A stretch of 64,000 nt of DNA from Chiloscyllium plagiosum. Its lineage: Eukaryota. The position numbers and the translations under genes are program-made. Location of the stretch: positions 16,915,177-16,979,176 of the forward strand of contig NC_057719.1 of assembly GCF_004010195.1 (NCBI RefSeq), in the 5' to 3' direction. Positions 50,217 through 63,299 of the stretch are shown in pieces (position 1 is the first letter of the stretch; every line of letters begins with the position of its first letter). The notes under the pieces were generated by a model, which worked only from the letters and a program-made list of their open reading frames with translations, had not been told where the DNA came from and did not search any database.

Positions 50217-52959
50217 TTAATGCTGATTTTCATGACTTCAGACTTGAACAACTGAAGAAAAAAATGACTTTAGTGAATGGGGAATGCTTGGCTTGGCCTT
50301 TTGGAATGTTGGGTAAGTGGGAAAGAAGATTGGCACTTGAAACATTGGTCAGATTGTACCCATGGGGCAGTCTGCACCCATGTTATTTTCCTGTTTTCTT
50401 AGCTTATTTTCATTTTCTATACTACCTGCCTTGTTTCCAAGCCACCATAGCTAAAAGCATGTTTGCTTTGTCCCATTAGTTTGTTTCATTATGCCTCCTA
50501 TTTTCAAATTTAGTAATTCTTAAACCATTAAGCTGTCCTGTTTTCTTCCATGACCCTGTATATGCAGTTGTGTGTGTTTCTCCTGCTTTTCATTCTATTC
50601 TTCTTCAAATTCTGCTTTTATTGTTACTGTTCCAGTTCTGACTGAGTCTGTACAGCTGAAGCATTAATGGGTGATTACAGCTGATGACTGACCTGCTCCC
50701 AGCACCTGCAGATTTTTTGTTTTGCTTTTTGCACTCAGATGAGAGGACAGTGTCCTCACTATCTGATCGGTTCAGATTGCTGACCTGAAAATCTGGATGA
50801 ACTGGAGTTGGAAAACACAATCTCAATTCTGAGCAGGCTCAAGCACACACCTTGAAAATGACCACTATTTGACACTAATTAGTAAGCTCATTCACTGTGG
50901 TCTTCAAGATAGATGGTGCAGAAGATCACATGGGCTTCAGTAATATGTGCTGATCTGAGTTTGAGGTTAAGGAGCATTTACTGGGTCAGTTTTACTTCAA
51001 TTCTACTTCAATCTGAATCTGAGTTAGAAAATCTTTCTCCTTGTTGGTCCTGGCTAACAGCCTTTATTAATAAGCATCAGAATCCTACACATGGAAGAGG
51101 GGAGAAACAAACAAAACATTGCTCTTTTGAGAATTTAAAACTACATTTTTGGAAATAGCATATTTTACCTCCTAAGCTGATCTTCAACCCTGCGTTAAAA
51201 GGGTCAGCACTTAGAAAGTGAATTTGCTATTCATTCAGCATATGCACCTTAGGCATGCACTGTGTGCAAAGATTTAACCCTCCTGTTCTGAACACCTTCA
51301 ATTTTAAGTCCATGGTGCATATGGATGCTGAATGACCTTCACATTTATACTACTGCATCCAATGTAACTCAAGCATCAACCGAATATAAACTACTTTTTT
51401 ACATATTCAAAAGCTCGCACATTTCTGACTTAAGGTTGTATAAGTTCCATGTACTGAAAAGAAATAAAATGGCATTTAATGAATATGTTTAATGGGTCAC
51501 TGTTTCTCTGTTAATGATGGAGAATGTGGTGGGCCAGTTAATGTGCCTACCTCCCAGTTGGATGGTTGTGTTGTTCTAGTCCCAGGACTGTCCACAGCTC
51601 AGTTTTGCCTGTGACTACTTGGCAGTGAATTTTGCTGGTGGTAAGTGATGAAGTGCACCACAATGGTGGAACAATGCCTCTGAGAAAAGAGGGGAAAAAA
51701 AACATGGCCTAGTTGGCTCACACTACTGCAAGCACATCTCTTGTCAACGACTTGCAGAGCAGCACTGACATCTGTCAAGAAATAGTCTGAGCTCTGTTTT
51801 CTTCCAGTCCTCCTGGCTGAGAGAAGCTAAATTATGCCGAATGACTTGGAAATACATATGTATGTATTGAGCTCAGAGAATAGGACTGTTCTCACAGGAT
51901 TGAGTTTGAGTGGACCTGAACCTCTGACACTTGTATTATTGCAGTACGAACAATATCTATGCAAGCCCTATTATCAATGCAGTATTCAGTTATTCTTCTA
52001 CACCTCTCTCTGTATAACCTTTACTGTGATAATTCAATGGTGTCACAAAAGCTTTTCTGCCAATGCACTATCCATCTGAGTAGCCTAACAGCGAAATCGT
52101 ACGGGGTCTCGAACATATTTTCATAGTCTCCAAATGAAGTTTGCATAATAATATCAAATCTGAATATTCATTTGTATAGTACTGTGTTGGTATTGAATGA
52201 GTCTGCAGTTTTTTTTTATATATACAGCCTGAAGGATCTCCATTAATGTAATTAGGTTTCTTTTCCACTTCCGATTTTTTTGTCTTCCTCTGCCTTGTGT
52301 ACTGCTCCTGGGCACCTTCCTCATCATGTTTGAATCAAATTGGCACGTAATGATTTTATTTGGCCTATACAAATCCCTGAACACCAGCAAAATGGCCTCC
52401 TCAGTTGCTGAGTTTGTGGTGATTAGCCTGCCACATATTCTGTAGAAGAGCCAGTATACAATATTGATATACAATTGGTAATATACAATGTTTATGTCGC
52501 TCCAAGAATAAATAAGGGATATGTACTGAGACCCAGTGTTTATGGTTGGGAGTACAGTGGTCTTGAGCTGTCCTGAAACTGTTTAGTGAGAATGACTCTC
52601 GCTGTGGTAGTTCAAAGCTTGCCACTCAATAAATGGGGTTTGTTTAAAGGAATTTGGGATTTCGTGTGTTTTCCATTCCTTGATCCATTGGATGCCAGCT
52701 GGTAGATTTAGCTTCTGGATGGTTGTTCTGAAAGGAACTGATAGATGGAAGGTGGGCAAATGGGTGAGTTGAGCAGGTCAACGTAGAATAGTTAAGTAGT
52801 ATGCACCATAGATGGTTTCAGCCAGCTCATAGGTATCTATCAGTCAACAGTTCGGTGGAAAGTAATATTTATGAAGACAGGAAGCCAGGGGAGCACAATG
52901 GATCAACATTCTCATTCAAATCAAGTCTCTTTACAGAGGAAAACAGTCCTGCTGGCAAG

Positions 52960-54895
52960 CTGAATTCCAAATCCCAGGACCTGATCAGGTGTAGTTCAGA
53001 AATTTGAGGGAAGTTAGGGAAGTGATTGCTGGGTCTCTTGTTGAGATTTTTGTATCATCAATAGCTATGGGTAAGATGCCAGATGACTGGAGGGTGACGA
53101 ATGTGGTGCCATTATTTTAAAAAATGTAGTAAGGAAATGCCAGGAAACTAAAGACTACTGAACATAACATCAGTGGTGAGTAAGTTGTTGGACAGGATTT
53201 GAGGGACTGGAGTTACATGTATTTGGAAGGCCAAGGGCTGATTAGTTATAGTCAACATAGCTTTGTGCATGGGAAATCATGCCTCACTAAATTGATTGAC
53301 CTTTTGAAGAAATGACAAAGCAGATTGATGAAGACGGAGAGGTGGACATTTCAGCAAGGCATTCAACAATGTTCTGCATGGTGGGCTGATTGGCAAGGTT
53401 AGATCCCATAGAATACAAGAAGACTAAAATAGCTATTTGGATACAAAATTGGCTTGGAGGTAGGAAGCACAGAGTGATGCTGAAGGATTGTTTTTCGGAC
53501 TGGAGGCCTGTGAACAGCAGTGTGCTGCAAGGTTTGGTGCAGGGTTCACTGTTTTGTGTCATAAATATAAATGATTTGGATGTGAATATAGGAGGAATGG
53601 TTGATACCATCCAGGACAAAGCAGCCCACTTGATTGGTATTGAATCCACAAACATCCACTCCCTACACTACCGACGCTCAGTAGCAGCAATGTGTACAAG
53701 ATTCTCTGTAGAAATTCACCAAAGATCTTCAGACAGCACCTTCCAAATGCATGACCAACCATCTAGAAGGACAAGAGCAACAGTATTTTTGGGAACACCA
53801 CCACCTTCAGGTTCCCCTCCAAGCCACTCACCATCCTGACTTGGAAATATGTTGCCGTTCCTTCATTGTTGCTGGGTCCAAATCCTGGAATTCCCTCCCT
53901 AATGGCATTGTGGATCAGCCCACAGCGGGTGGAGTGCAGCCGTTCAAGAAGGCAGCTCACCACCAACTTCTCAAGGTCAATTGGATGGCAATAAATGCGA
54001 GCCAGCCCAGTGACACCCACATCCCACTAAAAAAATGAATACGTTTTTTAAAATAAATGGACCAGTGGACCAGGGGGGTGGCAGATGGAGTTTAATTTAG
54101 ATAAATGTGAGATGTAGTATTTTGGTAAGACAAATCAGGGTAAGACTTATATAGTTAATGGTAAGGTCCTGGGCAGTATGTCCGAACAAAAAGATCTTAG
54201 GTTCAACTTCATAGTTTCTTGAAGGTGGAATCACAGGTAGACAGGGTAGTGAAGAAGGCATTAGGTGTGCTTAAGTTTATTGGTCAATGCATTGAATCTA
54301 AGAGTTGGGATGTCATGTTGCTGCTATTTGGCAAATTGATTAGGCCACTTTTGGAATACTACATTCAATTCTGGTCTCCTTGCTATAGGAAAGATATTGT
54401 TAAACATACGAATTTGAAATCAGAAAAGATTTCAAAAGGAATTTGACAGGTTTGAGATTTAGGGAGAGGCTGAATTGGCTTGGACTATTTTTCCTGGAGC
54501 ATCAGGGACTGAGGGATGACATTAAACAGGTTTATAAGATCGTGAGGTTTATGTATAGGGTGAATGGCCAAGGTCTTTTTTTCCCCAACGTAGGAAAGTC
54601 CAAAATTAGAGGGTATAGGTTTAAAGTGAGAGGGGAAAGATTTAAAAGGGACCTGAGGGGCAACCTTTTCACGCAGAGGCTGTGCATGTATGGAATGACC
54701 TGCCAGAGGAAGTGGTGCAAACTGGTAAAATTACATTATTTAAAAGGCACCTGGATGGGTATATGAATAGGAACAGTTCAGAGGGCTATGTACTGAAGGC
54801 TAGCAAATGGGAACTAGATTAATTTTGGATATCTGGTCAGCATGGCCAAGTTGCACCGACGAGTCTGTTTCTGTGTTGTACAATTCTTATGAAAA
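52960..54895 (+). mobile_element. CR1 LINE RT region to 3' end, interrupted by LINE family B
   Basis: WIQNWLGGRK.RV, INDLDVNIGGMV before the break at about 53601; resumes at about 54060 with WQMEFN. Confidence 0.85.
53602..54040 (+). mobile_element. LINE family B 3' end
   Basis: DTIQDKAAHLIG..SKSWNSLP coding and tail cacccacatcccactaaaaaaa. Confidence 0.78.
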
Positions 54896-54939
54896 TGATT
54901 CAATGAAATTTTTTGATCCCAGAGGTTAACATAGGCCAG

Positions 54940-55739
54940 GAGAAAGTGAGGACTGCAGATGCTGGAGTACCAGAGTTGAAAAATGTGGTGCTGGAAAAAC
55001 ACAGCAGGCCAGGCAGCATCCGAGGAGCAGGAGAATCGACGTTTTGGGCATAAGCCCTTCTTCAGGAATGAGGATGGTGTGCCAAGCGGGCTGAGATAAA
55101 AGGTAAGGGGGAGGNNNNNNNNNNNNNNNNNNNNNNNNNNNNNNNNNNNNNNNNNNNNNNNNNNNNNNNNNNNNNNNNNNNNNNNNNNNNNNNNNNNNNN
55201 NNNNNNNNNNNNNNNNNNNNNNNNNNNNNNNNNNNNNNNNNNNNNNNNNNNNNNNNNNNNNNNNNNNNNNNNNNNNNNNNNNNNNNNNNNNNNNNNNNNN
55301 NNNNNNNNNNNNNNNNNNNNNNNNNNNNNNNNNNNNNNNNNNNNNNNNNNNNNNNNNNNNNNNNNNNNNNNNNNNNNNNNNNNNNNNNNNNNNNNNNNNN
55401 NNNNNNNNNNNNNNNNNNNNNNNNNNNNNNNNNNNNNNNNNNNNNNNNNNNNNNNNNNNNNNNNNNNNNNNNNNNNNNNNNNNNNNNNNNNNNNNNNNNN
55501 NNNNNNNNNNNNNNNNNNNNNNNNNNNNNNNNNNNNNNNNNNNNNNNNNNNNNNNTCCTTCCACCTATCGCATTCCCAGCGCCCTCCCCCAAATTCCCTC
55601 CCCCCTATTTTTTATCTCAGCCCACTTGGCACATCAGCCTCATTCCTGAAGAAGGACTTACGCCCGAAACGTCGATTCTCCTGCTCCTCGGATGCTGCCT
55701 GGCCTGCTGTGTTTTTCCAGCACCACATTTTTCAACTCT
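54940..55739. mobile_element. Penelope-derived inverted insertion (family 1) spanning a gap
   Basis: About 54972-55114 inverted against about 55597-55740; TSD gttaacataggccag (54925-54939) and gttaacaaaggccag (55740-55754). Confidence 0.82.
55115..55555. other. Assembly gap (N run)
   Basis: Directly visible. Confidence 1.
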
Positions 55740-58049
55740 GTTAACAAAGGCCAGCCTATTTTGGTCCTTTTTTGGTATCCAATGTCATCCAGAGTATTTT
55801 ACTACCCAGTAGGCTTGCTTCAAATATTTTCAGTGGAAGTACTGATCTTGTTGGGATATGGTGACAACTCCTGGTTATCAATAGGAGGTTTCCTTAATCA
55901 CGTTGAGGATTCTCACTCAACAGTTCCTGCCTTCATGGGTTACTGGGCCAGTAATCTGGACTGAGTTTGGTTTGTCTTGAATACGTTCACTAATTTCCAT
56001 AAAGTCTATTGGTGTGCCAGTTTCAACAAATGTATCTCTGCAAATTGTCAAAATGTCTTTTATGGAATTGAGACTTGGCATGAAATTTTAAAGCTCGTAG
56101 GTTTGTGTGAAGTATATGTGTAAAGTAAGAGCACATCCCTTTGTCAGAAAGAAAAGTATCAATCTGTAATTGGCAACTTTTCTTGCAACCAGCACCATGC
56201 CACTGGCATTTAGTGATTAACTGTTATACGGGTGAGTTTTATCAATTGAATAATACTAAACTCTTTTACATTCGATATTAAAATGTGATAGATTTTAGAG
56301 TGAAAATAAACAGATCAGATCATTTCTGTAAATATCAATCACTGCTTAATCCATTAAAGAAGATTTCTTGCACAACTGAATTTGCTGCAGATGAACTAAT
56401 GTTGGACAAAATTATCCAAGTAAATGTTATTAGATGTTGAGTCTGTCTGTCACATAGCATGACAATGCAGATGGGTCTCAGTTGCTTAACACCAAGTCCA
56501 GAATAGCCTATGCTGTGTGTTAACTACAGGATTTTAACTGTTGTGCATCTATTTCTGTCAATGATTTCAGCTTGGAGACAATTTCCAATTATCATGATGC
56601 TAGTTTCATTCATTTGAATATAGGGAAGTTAATGTCTTGAGTTATGCTTGTATAGTATCAATGTGATTCTATATGGCTCATGCACGTTTGCTAATAGACT
56701 GCGGAAATTCAGAGAAAATTACAACTGACTATACCCTTTGGCATGAAAGGGTACAGAACACATGCACTGTTTATATCTGCTAAAACATAATATTAGCCCA
56801 TACTGCAATGTCCAGACAGACTTCTTAACAAGAATGAACAAAAGCAGAAATTGCTGGAAAATCTCAGCAGGTCTGTCAGCAATCCGTGGAGACAAATTGG
56901 AGTTAACATTTCAGGCCCAGTGACCCTTCTTGAGAACTAGGAAGTTCTAAATAAGAAGTACCTGGCATGGACTCCCAGTAAAGTTCACCTTGAATGGAAT
57001 CTGTGTTTTGTTGATTTTCTGATTTATATAGTTCTGTTTTGATGCATGCAAACTGGTACTTGAGTTTATTTTGCTCATCATGTCTTTGTCAGAACCAGCA
57101 CTCCAAACAAAGTGCCGTGCAGTATTCACACTGGCTTTTTGATTTTCCAAGATGTGGAATGTAAATATTGCACAACATGACAATGCCCATTTTACATGCT
57201 ACATCTACACTGCACAGAATCACTGAACTGTTCTACAGGAAGCACCATAGTGGCAGTCAGACCAGAACATGTCTGTTGCGGCAACTTTGTGTGGTTGTTC
57301 ATGTGACAAGTTGTGACTAATTTGTGTGGTTACAAAAATCTTCCAGTTTCTACTTTGAATTCATAAATGGGAACAAAATTGTCACTGTGGATGTATGTGA
57401 AGGAAAACTGCAGCACCGGAAGGGGATGCTTGCTTTTGAAAAGGGGCATTGAGCAATTTGAGGGCAAGCAGCAGAAAAAAGAAACCTCGAAAGTTAATGG
57501 ATTGTTGTAAGTTGCGAACTGATTCACTGAGACAAGGGACTCTATCCAATCTGATCTATGGATGACTCTAGTACCACATGTTGTCACCCAGTTATTTTTA
57601 AAAAGTGTGACAACATTCAACAATAATAGGTAACTCAGACATACTACCATCAAGTAAAAGAGTCTTAACTCACTAGCCAAGCATTAGCCTAATGTAATCA
57701 TGCTTAAAAACTCACATCTATCAGTTGATAATGCAGATTACTGCATGATCATCTCTAAGCACATTCTCTCCCACCAAGAATGAATGAATTGATTTAGCTT
57801 TATTGTCACATGAACTGAAATGAGTACAGTGAAAAGTTTACAAGTCACCATTTACAGCACCATCTTAGGTACAATTCTACCTAGATTATAGCTTCTTCAG
57901 TTGCAAGATTAGTTATAGTGAAACAATATCAACAACACGCGTCACCATCTGAGATACAGAGTACCTAGGTACAATCCTTAGTTACAAAATAGAAGAAAAA
58001 AGTTACATTACAGCTATACACAGTATTTACCATAAGTCAGAAAATCAAG

Positions 58050-58408
58050 AATCATGAGGGGCATGGATAGGGAAAATAGACAAGGTCTTTTCCCTGGGGC
58101 GGGGGAGTCCAAAACTAGAGGACATAGGTTTAGGTGAGAGGGGAAAGGTTTAAAAGAGATCTAAGGGGCAACATTTTCACACAAAGGGTGGTGTGTGTAT
58201 GAAATGAGCTGCCAGAGGAAGTAGTGGAGGCTGATACAATTATAACATTTAATAGGCATCTTGGTGGGTATATGAATAAAAAGGTTTAGAGGGATACGGG
58301 CCAAGTGCTGGCAAATGGAATTAGATTAATTTAGGATATCTGGTCGGCATGGACAAGTTGGACCGATGGGTCTGTTTCCATGCTGTACATGTCTATGACT
58401 ATGACTCT
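58050..58408 (+). mobile_element. CR1/HER1 3' fragment
   Basis: Homologous to 49865-50216; tail ctatgactatgactct. Confidence 0.88.
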
Positions 58409-59989
58409 GTAACAAACATTAGTGTTTCTCCAAGACCTATTCACTCCAGACCAGTGCCATGGAGGATTGGCAAAGGAGAACAGGTTCAGATATTCACTGT
58501 TGAATGGGCAACTTCAAATGGACTCCAGACACAATATGAAATCTCACGATTTCAAACAAAACCAGAGCAAGGAAACTGCCTCCTGATTATGATGTACCAC
58601 CATTCTTTCCCTGTTCCTAACTAATGATTCCATACTCCTGTTGAAAACAATCTTAAGATCAATTGAAGGAAGTAAGGCCACTGAGTATATTCTTCAGTGC
58701 AAGGGCTTTAGTATATTCACCATCAAAAGTCACAGAATCACAGCGTTGTTACAGCACAGAAAGAGGCCATTCAGCCTATCATGCTTGCACCCATTCGGTT
58801 ACCTAGCTTCCTGCCTTTTCCGAGATCCTTGCATGCCATTTTTACCAAAATAATCATCTAATGGCCATCAATTGAATCGACCCTGTAAAAGTTTCTTTTT
58901 CTCAAACTTTACTGCTGATTAGGTCTGCATCAGGACATATGGGAGCCAGCATGAGGAAATAATTATCTCGATCTTGACCAGTTGCCGATACCTGTGTCCA
59001 TGACAGCATTGGTATACAAGAGCACAGCAACATAATCTCGGCTCCACCAGCAAGACATCTTGTGTGGTACGGCTTATCTCAAAGCCCAAAACAGGACACT
59101 CATGACTCATCTATCAGGTGCAGAAAATATAATGTATTACTGTAAAGCCACATTTTGTTAAAATTTTTCATTTTATCCTCAGGACATTTCACAAGAATAC
59201 AAATTCCAGGTGAAAATCAAAAAACTGCATGAAATAGTGGCACTGGTTGTTGGCAAATGTAAATTAACTGGTAGAGTTGCTACCATGGAGGAAACTCCAA
59301 GTAATGCTGATTGACAGTAAACAGTCAGGATTTGTTGAATTTTCACCAATTTTAAATTTTAAACTCAGCAGGTTGACTCTGACTAGGCATGGCATTGTCC
59401 TGAGTAATGATCCAGTGAATGGATGTTTTGGAGATAGTGAGGACTACAGATGCTAGAAAGTCACAGTTGATAATGTGGAACTGGAAAAAGCACAGCAGCT
59501 TCAGAGAAGCAAGAGAGTCAACATTTCGGGACCAGCTCCACACTTTATCAACAGTGAATGGCTGTCACCTATTTTGTTGAATTGAAACACTTACAGTACG
59601 TATCCATGTTTATTTTGTCTGTAAATAACCTGACTGGTTTAAAATCCCATTTACAACAGCATCTAGAAGACATCTAGGTTTGAAATCACAAGCACCAGTC
59701 TCATACATGCCAGTCACCTCCCAATGACCTTCAGGAGCATCACCATTCTGAATCTCACACCATCAATGACATAGGTCCCACCGTAAATTAGACCAACTAT
59801 TTTTACATTGTGTCTACAAAAGCACAAGGCAGAGGCCACTTACTATTGGTCTTCTTGACTTTTTCCACCCTCTGTAGCTCTGATCAGGGTTGTAATGGAA
59901 TCCTCACCAATTTTTCTAATGAGTGCAGCTGCAACTACACTCAGGAAACTCCACATCACCCAGGAAAGAGTAATTCATTTATTGGTGAC

Positions 59990-60560
59990 TGGGTGGCACG
60001 GTAGCTCAGTGGTTAGCACTGCTGCCTCACAACACCAGGGACCTGGGTTCATTTCCAGCCTCGAGTGACTACTGAAAAATCTCAGCAGGTCTGCCCAGTT
60101 GCCCCATTGCCGATACCTGTGTCCATGACAACATTGGTATACAAGAGCACAGCAACATAATCTCGGCTCCACCACCACATCTTGTGTGGTATGGCTTATC
60201 TCAAAGCCCAAAACAGTATACTCATGACTCATCTACCAGGTGCAGAAAATATAATGTATTACTGTAAAGCCACATTTTGTTAAAAGTTTTCATTTTATCC
60301 TCATCAGGACATTTCACAAGAATGTCTGCATGGGTTTCCACTAGTTGTTCCAGTTTCCTCCCACAATCCAAAGGTGTGCAGATTAGATGAATTGGCCATG
60401 CTAAATTGCCCATAGTGTTCGGGGCTGTATAGGTTAGATGCATTAGTCAAGGGGAAAATGTAGAGTAATGGGGAATGGGTTTGGGTGGGATACTCTTTGG
60501 AGGGTCAATGTGGACTTGTAAGGCCGAAGGGCTTGTTTCCACATTGTAGGGATTCTAATT
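59990..60560 (+). mobile_element. HE1-like V-SINE split by a locally templated insertion
   Basis: Head 59990-60070, body and tail 60324-60560; between them a copy of 58982-59198. Confidence 0.85.
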
Positions 60561-63299
60561 CTTATTCTATTCTTACTATTTGATTCAATACGTGCCACCA
60601 GTGATAAATATATACTCTCTGTGGGATCACCCATGAGGCTACTCCACAATATTTTCTACTCCTATTATTTCTACCAGCAAGAAGGACAATAACAGTATTG
60701 TCATAGGAATGTCAACACATCCACCTCACTGATTTGGATCTACATCACCGCTTCTACACCATAACTGAATTAATTTGTCGGATTTTGCCAGAATTTTCTG
60801 ACTAACATTGTGGAATCAAAATCAGAACAAGGCCTGTTGTATTCCAAGAACAAGCTTCATGATATTCCTTCTTCAGGGTAACTAGCGAGAGGCAATAAAT
60901 CCAGTAATGTCAATATTATCCACTTACAAAGAGCACAATCCCAGAGCTGGGGGATTGCCAGTATGTTGGTGTGATTGGCCTTTGAAGTATATTTGTACTT
61001 TCATTCAGTAAGCACTCTGCAAGGTGGTAAAGTGAACATTATGTAGCGCTCTATAGGAATATGGACTGTATTTCATCTCCTCCAACCTCACCATTCAACA
61101 TTACTTTTAATAATTCCATTCCAGTCATTAAATTATTGACATAAGATTCCTGTGGATCAAAGGACCTGTATGAACATCAGTAAACGGAGACTATGGGCTG
61201 AAGCATTCGGGGGTAAGGTGGATCAAGGCAATTGTCCTGTGCTCCGTATGTTACAAGGCCCCACTGGGGCATTGGCACCTGGTGCCATAAGCAGGCTAGG
61301 GTGATCTCTGAATAGGTGAGAGTGGCCTCATGTGACCTTTCGTTTTGTTCCTGGATTCACTTGAAGGCAGGAGGATGGATTTTCAGAATGCAGCTGGTAC
61401 AACACTGACCATGATGGTTGAACTTCATAATAATTATACAGAAGGAAATAAAAGGGAAATATGCAAGAGGCAGTGGGTGAATGGTAATGACAGTAAATCA
61501 CACTTTCATTCATGAGTGCAAAGAAAAGCCAGAGAGCTGAAAGCTAGAGACTAGATAAGTGTGCACAGTGTAATTCACCCTCTGGGAAGTGGGGCCCTGT
61601 ACAGTGTGATTTGCCCAGGCCCTATACTCCTCCTCGAGACATCTCTAGCTAGAAGAGTTTGAAGTACAAATTTGCTGAACTCAAATGTATATTTGTGCAG
61701 GAACAGAGGGACTTTAAGCTGCCAGAAACATGTACCTAACACAGTTGCCAGGGAGTCAGGTGTGACGTTCTCAGTGGATGTGAGTCCATGGCACTGACAC
61801 CAGTCGGGCAATTTCTTTCAGAGAAGCCATGAGGACAGATGGTGCCGGAAATTATAGAAATGTCACAGTAGTGCAGCGGGAGAGTGTTCTCTTCAGGTTC
61901 AGCATATTGTTCAAGCAGTGTAGACTGCATGGAACTTGCACTGTCTCCAACCTAGAAAGGTAATGACCCTGCCAGCCTGTGAAAAGTAGAAAATAGTCAA
62001 TATCCCGAATACTTTCATCTTTGCCTTGATGGCAAATTTGTGATTCATTCACTCATGAAATTACGAGGCTGAATAGTTTATATTAATTCACGCTTTTAAC
62101 TGTATATTCTGACTTTGTTGTCCTACAATTTTATACATTTCATTAAATCGCTCAAAGTTTTTTTTTTGTTTCTTGAACTAGCAAGGCCAGCCTCCCATTT
62201 GGTTCATTAATATTTAGTCAGATAGCGTGGGAGGAGGCTAATGTGGAACAGAAATACCAGTGTGAACTAGCTGTGCCAAATGGCCAGTTTTTGAGTTTAA
62301 ATTTCTGTCATTCAAAAATCATATTTAACTGAGTCCTCCAGATTATGTAGCAAAACCATTCAATCTTCGCAGTTTTTCCTGTGAGTTCGGTCTCAGAGTG
62401 AGAATGTCACCACTGAGCCAGGTTTGACACTGAAAGAGAAATCAGGTGAGTCTATCTCTGCAGGCATGCAGTTCAACTTGATAGATTCATTGCACTCAGA
62501 GCGTCAATCGCGCCCAGAGGCAGGCCCAGGAAAATTTCTCTATACACCGTTGTAAATATTGACATGTTAAACTAAAATCTTCAGCCAGTTTTCACCTTGC
62601 ACCTCTTCTTAGTTGCCATATAACACCTGCCTCAGATGGCCAGGTTATAGTGTCATCTGGGACAACTAGGTGTTAAGTGATTACTGTAAACTCGCAAGTC
62701 AGAGGTTGTGCGCAGAAAGCCACTTTAACTCATTAAACATCATTAAATTTTAAATACCAATTTAACACTTTCTATGTGGGTCTTTTTTTAAAAAAAAGTC
62801 ATCATATTAAGGATTGTTATAAGATATTTATGGTGCAGAAAATGGAACTTGCTATATTACTCAATTCTTAACGATCTGGGTATCTGCTGATAAATATATC
62901 TTGCCAGTGGATATTTTGATTGCATCAGCTGAGAACTTTTAGTTCCGCATTTGAATACTACAAGCCATCTCCTTTGTATTCCTGTGAATTCCTGCTACTT
63001 TTAAATTGTAATTCTGGTTAAAAGCTAAGTTTTTACCATTTGTGTAGCTTCGCATGGATAAAACAAAAACTACCATCATCCTCCAGTCAGTGGTCTAAAA
63101 TTAGATTGCAGGATCTGGTTTGGTACGTTGGAAATCCCTTAAGAAGTATCAAACTCAACACTGAAAAGGATCCACAGAAATGAAACACTCTTTATGAAAA
63201 TTGCTAATATTGGTTGTCTGAGAAAATGATGAAGATTTGCCCCATGTCTATCATTATTTATAAAGAGAGGACAGAATTTAATATGTACACATGAACGTC

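Noticed and set aside
54926..55592. ORFs of 176-212 aa
   Set aside because: Span the N gap within a non-coding PLE-derived repeat.
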